From positions 1 to 35,500 of the IMG/VR virus record IMGVR_UViG_3300037310_000082: DNA of 35,500 nt. One strand, given 5' to 3'. The DNA is from a virus (taxonomy: Duplodnaviria; Caudoviricetes). Below the pieces are notes generated by a model that did not search any database, was not told where the DNA came from, and was given only the letters and a program-made list of their open reading frames with translations. The translations under genes were made by a program, and so were the position numbers. Positions 32,093 through 35,500 of the stretch are shown piece by piece (the stretch's first letter is position 1; each line of letters opens with the position of its first letter).

Positions 32093-33804
32093 CAAAGTAG
32101 CGTCCGCGTGAATGAGCCGGTGGCCGACACGATGAAGTCGATGGCCGGCGCGATGGCCGCCTCGGTTCGGCTGTCCCGCGCGACGGCGGGACTGAGCCCG
32201 AGCGTGGCGCTCGCGGGCAGGCGGGTTGTGATCGTGCCAGTGACGGACAACTCGCTTGACAGATTGGTCGCAACCCACTCGATGCGGCGGCCCCCTGGCG
32301 CGCTGGTGGGGAAGTAGGCCAGTTCGAACGAGAACGGGTCGCCGCTGCGGGCGGTGAAACCTGAGCCACCGTTGAGGGTCGTGGTTTCCATCGCGCCGTC
32401 TGCCGGATCGCCCCAGCCCACCACCAGTTGCGCAGACCCCTCGTTGGCGCCAAGAAGGCAACGCCACAAGCCGAAGTCATCGCCGCCAGACGTTCGGATA
32501 GGCGTGCCCGCGAGGGCGCTGTTGGCCCATACCCCCATCGCAAACGAACCGAGTGAACTGGCGTCAGAGACGGCGCCGATGACCAGGGCGCGCCAGTAGC
32601 CGCCACCACCCATCAACACACGTCCGCCGGAAGTGTTCTCATGGCCCGCGCGAACCAGGGTGTTGATGGCCGCCGCGCCGACATACCCCACACGCGGGAA
32701 GCGGCCCAGCGGCGTGTCGGTCAGTGTGCGGGCGGTCGCCGTGCCCACGGTGCCGGATAAGGCGCCGAGGTTGGCAAGCACCGTACTGGCGTTGCGCTCC
32801 GGTAGCACCACTGAACTCGGGCCGACCGACCCGTAGGAAACGCTGCTCGCGCTGCCGCCCGAGGGAATGGCCGAAGAGATGGTGCGCCAATCGTTTGCCC
32901 CGCTGCGCTGGGCCTGCACTCGTTTGCCGATCGCCGTGGCGCTTGCCGCGCTCGTCCCGCTGTCAGTGGTCAGCGTTGCCGATCCCTGGACAAGCGTGAA
33001 CGTCCCGGCTCCGACAGCCTGAATGTCCAGAGAGTCGTCGGCTGTCCACCCTCCGGTAGCGTCGTTGTTGATGGTCAGCGTCAGGCCGGCCGTGTCCACG
33101 AGCAGCAGCCTGTTGCCGTGAGCGGAAGCGGTCAGGTTCGTGTTTGCGGAAAGAGTGACTGGCGCAAGGATCGTTGCCTTCGCGTCGAGCGCGGTCTGCA
33201 GGTCAGTCTGCGCGGACAGCGTGCCGGTGATGCCGCCCCAGGCTGCAGACCCGCCCGAGTGCGAGTGCGTCGAAGCCAGTGCAGGCCCATCGGCCAGCGT
33301 GAGCAGGCCGCGCCCAAAAGCTGTCGTCACAAGCGCGGCGATCGCTGTCAGGTCAGCATCAAGCGGCTGTCGATCGGACAACTCATCAGCCAGATTCGCG
33401 TTGTCAGTCGCGGCGCCAATGATCGAAGCGAACGTCGGTGTTCCGCTGCCGCCAGACTGCCAGGAAGTGCCACCAAGCGCGGTGTTGATGATTTCCACCA
33501 CTTGCGCGTAGTTCAGCGCTTGCGGCGGTGCGGCGGCGGCGGTGTTGTTGCCGACGATCGTGTTGGCCGGCAGGTTGGCCTGCTTCGCCAGCGTCACGGC
33601 GCCGTTGTCGATCGTCCAATTTGTGCCCGAGCCGCTGACCGTGATGTCGCCCTTGTCGCCGTCGGCCAGGCCAGTACCGGCTACAACCTGCCAAGTGCCG
33701 TCGTCGCGCAAGAACTTCGTGCCGACAGGTTCAGTAGCCTTGGGCACGAAACCTGGCGTCAGTGTCGAGAACACTCGCGAGGCGAGGGTTGACCAGAGGG
33801 ACAT
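32092..33804 (-). CDS. Tail fibre protein
   Basis: Fibre motifs FLRDDGTW, DGDKGDITVS, QPLDADLTAIAAL and WGGITGTLSAQTDLQTALDAK. GGAG upstream. Confidence 0.8.
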   Translation of the reverse strand: MSLWSTLASRVFSTLTPGFVPKATEPVGTKFLRDDGTWQVVAGTGLADGDKGDITVSGSGTNWTIDNGAVTLAKQANLPANTIVGNNTAAAAPPQALNYAQVVEIINTALGGTSWQSGGSGTPTFASIIGAATDNANLADELSDRQPLDADLTAIAALVTTAFGRGLLTLADGPALASTHSHSGGSAAWGGITGTLSAQTDLQTALDAKATILAPVTLSANTNLTASAHGNRLLLVDTAGLTLTINNDATGGWTADDSLDIQAVGAGTFTLVQGSATLTTDSGTSAASATAIGKRVQAQRSGANDWRTISSAIPSGGSASSVSYGSVGPSSVVLPERNASTVLANLGALSGTVGTATARTLTDTPLGRFPRVGYVGAAAINTLVRAGHENTSGGRVLMGGGGYWRALVIGAVSDASSLGSFAMGVWANSALAGTPIRTSGGDDFGLWRCLLGANEGSAQLVVGWGDPADGAMETTTLNGGSGFTARSGDPFSFELAYFPTSAPGGRRIEWVATNLSSELSVTGTITTRLPASATLGLSPAVARDSRTEAAIAPAIDFIVSATGSFTRTLL

Positions 33805-33819
33805 GCTTGACTCTCCAAG

Positions 33820-33850
33820 AAATGCGAAAGGCCCCGAATGGCCTTATCGC
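33820..33850 (-). terminator. Hairpin after the adaptor gene, possibly a partial terminator or processing site
   Basis: Minus strand GCGATAAGGCC-ATTCGG-GGCCTTTCGC followed by ATTTCTT. Confidence 0.5.
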
Positions 33851-34482
33851 GTGGTGAACTTTGCCGGCCAAGCCGGATTGACTCGAAGCCTTCGACCGGG
33901 CTGCGTTCGGTTGCGGCCGGCATAGGCCGCCGCCTTGGTAACGGCGCGCTCGAACAGCGCGCGGTGCGCGTCGGCCGCGCCGGAGCTTGACCACGGTTTC
34001 GACGGCTCGGCGTAAAGCCGCGCAAGCGCACCGCTGCGCAAGTCTTCTCTGTGGCGTCGCCACAGGTCTTCATGAATGCCGGTGGCGTCAGGGCCGGGTG
34101 CCAGCACCAGAAGCAGGTTCAGTGTGATCGGCGCTGTCAGCGTTGGCGCCGGCAGGATCTCGAAGTTGTTGGCATCGACGAAGCGAAGCACGTAGTCGCC
34201 ATCGGGGATGTCGTCGGCAATCGGGTCGTTCAGCCGAACGACATGCACACATGCCTCGTCGTCGCCGTCGATGCTCGCTTGCAGGATGTCCACGACCTGC
34301 TGCTCCAAGTCGAACGATGGCTCTTGAGTGCCGTCGAGATTGACTTGATGACCGACGGCGTGAAACCGCGTGCGCACGCAGAAATCGATCGCCGCATCGC
34401 GCAGCGCCTCGACTACCATCACATGCGGGCAACCCTCTACGCGAGCGGCCACTGTCGGCGCGAGGTCATCGAAGTTCAGCAT
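33844..34482 (-). CDS. Head-tail adaptor/connector-like protein
   Basis: VEGCP...ALRDAAIDFC and GALARLYAEPSKPWS motifs. GAGGAGG 8-9 nt before ATG 34482. Confidence 0.75.
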   Translation of the reverse strand: MLNFDDLAPTVAARVEGCPHVMVVEALRDAAIDFCVRTRFHAVGHQVNLDGTQEPSFDLEQQVVDILQASIDGDDEACVHVVRLNDPIADDIPDGDYVLRFVDANNFEILPAPTLTAPITLNLLLVLAPGPDATGIHEDLWRRHREDLRSGALARLYAEPSKPWSSSGAADAHRALFERAVTKAAAYAGRNRTQPGRRLRVNPAWPAKFTTR

Positions 34483-34483
34483 C

Positions 34484-35242
34484 TCAAGCGCCCTCCTCAA
34501 GGAACGGCAGCACCTTCAGGTTCGGGCTTTGCCCGGTCTGCACTTGAGCCTGCATGTTGATCGACTGCATGAACAGGCCGGCATGGTACTGGCTCTTGTT
34601 CATGTTCTGGAAATCTTTGCTGCCCTTGAGCAGCGCCATCGCCACGACGTAGTGGTGCAGATCCTCCGCGTACTCGTCAGTGATGCTCAGTTCGGTCGCA
34701 GATGAGCCAGAAGGTGCGTAGATTTCGCTTCCCGGCAATCCGCCCTCGGCAATTTCGGGAAGGTAGGCCATCCACTGAATCTGCAGCCACAGATCGGGCG
34801 TGGCCGGGGCTCCCGGACTGATCCAGCACCGCGTTGGCAACGACTTGTCGAACACAATTTCGCGCACCGCGTTGGCCGTTTCGTTGGGCCAGTTCGGTTC
34901 CAGGGCGTCCTTGATGTAGCGATCCACCGCGCCGCGCACCGCCGGCCCAGGGGTCAGGCCATCGACGCCCATGTTGCGCAGCACGCGCATCAACGCGATG
35001 CCGCGTCGCTCGGTGCCGCCGATGATGTTTGCGGCAAGCACGCGCGCAAAGTCTTGCTGCGCGCCTGGCACCATCTTCACGATGTCAATTCGAGCCGACA
35101 CATCCGGCAGGTACTTGGCAAGCGTCATCTGGCCGAAGTTGATCCAGCGGACTAGGGCGCGCTCGGGCCAGCGCGAGAAGGGCGGCTTGTTGTCCTGCAG
35201 CGTGTCCTGCACCCACTCGACCATCTTGCGCACCAGCATCAC
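34484..35242 (-). CDS. Head-tail adaptor-like protein (DUF6682-like)
   Basis: LQD...RWPERALVRWINFGQ...PD, PGAQQ, RVLRNMG and LHHYVVAMALLK. Confidence 0.7.
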   Translation of the reverse strand: MMLVRKMVEWVQDTLQDNKPPFSRWPERALVRWINFGQMTLAKYLPDVSARIDIVKMVPGAQQDFARVLAANIIGGTERRGIALMRVLRNMGVDGLTPGPAVRGAVDRYIKDALEPNWPNETANAVREIVFDKSLPTRCWISPGAPATPDLWLQIQWMAYLPEIAEGGLPGSEIYAPSGSSATELSITDEYAEDLHHYVVAMALLKGSKDFQNMNKSQYHAGLFMQSINMQAQVQTGQSPNLKVLPFLEEGA

Positions 35243-35475
35243 GACTCTCCAAGATCTGGTTCAGCGGGCGGCGGCTCAGGCTCGAACTCGCTGATGCGCA
35301 CGCCAAGCACTTTGGAGTAGAGGCTCATGTAGTGCCGCTGCTCTGTCAGCAACTGGCGCTGGCGCTCCGTCAGCAGCACATGGCTTGCGTCGCCGCCTAG
35401 AAAAGCATCGAGCCGGGCGATCTTCTCGTCCAGCTCGGCCTTCTCGGCAAAGACTCGCTGTTCGTGCGGCTTCAT
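35239..35475 (-). CDS. Small coiled-coil protein, crAss001_48-like
   Basis: QRVFAEKAELDEKIARLDAF...LLTEQRHYMSLYSKVLGVRI pattern. Confidence 0.7.
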   Translation of the reverse strand: MKPHEQRVFAEKAELDEKIARLDAFLGGDASHVLLTERQRQLLTEQRHYMSLYSKVLGVRISEFEPEPPPAEPDLGES

Positions 35476-35500
35476 GCGGCGGTCAGTGCGTCGCGCACGC

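Noticed and set aside
32093-32467. ORF-track N-terminal extensions (32467, also 328, 1630, 2751, 23208, 28816 and 29141)
   Set aside because: They overlap upstream genes. SD positions and stop/start overlaps support the shorter starts used here.
1-35500. CRISPR array, rRNA/tRNA, IS element, integrase, reverse transcriptase or DGR repeat pair
   Set aside because: None was recognised by eye. A self dot-plot would be needed to exclude short dispersed repeats.

Overview
A 35.5-kb piece of a GC-rich tailed dsDNA phage or prophage. The adaptor/nozzle/ejection-protein gene order points to a podovirus-type virion; a betaproteobacterial host is an inference. Positions 1-4550 (+) are the end of an early operon: a MazG-like pyrophosphohydrolase, SSB, a degenerate HNH-HTH protein, an Acb2-family anti-CBASS sponge, a three-gene block and an AlpA/Xis-like HTH. 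The three-gene block encodes a protein ending in Gly-Gly, a Cys/His/Asp-motif partner and a Thr1 proteasome-beta/HslV-like Ntn peptidase. Positions 4550-5064 hold a promoter/terminator-bounded ncRNA candidate and a small membrane gene. Positions 5048-35475 (-) are the late operon: adaptors, tail fibres, a G8/beta-helix tailspike, a nozzle, ejection proteins, a 1302-aa InPase-domain protein, a five-gene appendage-like cassette and a 2569-aa helicase-methyltransferase-HExxH-LPD38 polyvalent protein. The two best novelty candidates are (1) the diGly-protein/partner/Ntn-peptidase block close to Acb2, a possible phage-encoded ubiquitin-like tagging or decoy system, and (2) four same-strand +1-frame genes nested in the linkers of the two giant proteins. 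All family assignments come from motif recognition by eye; no database search was run.
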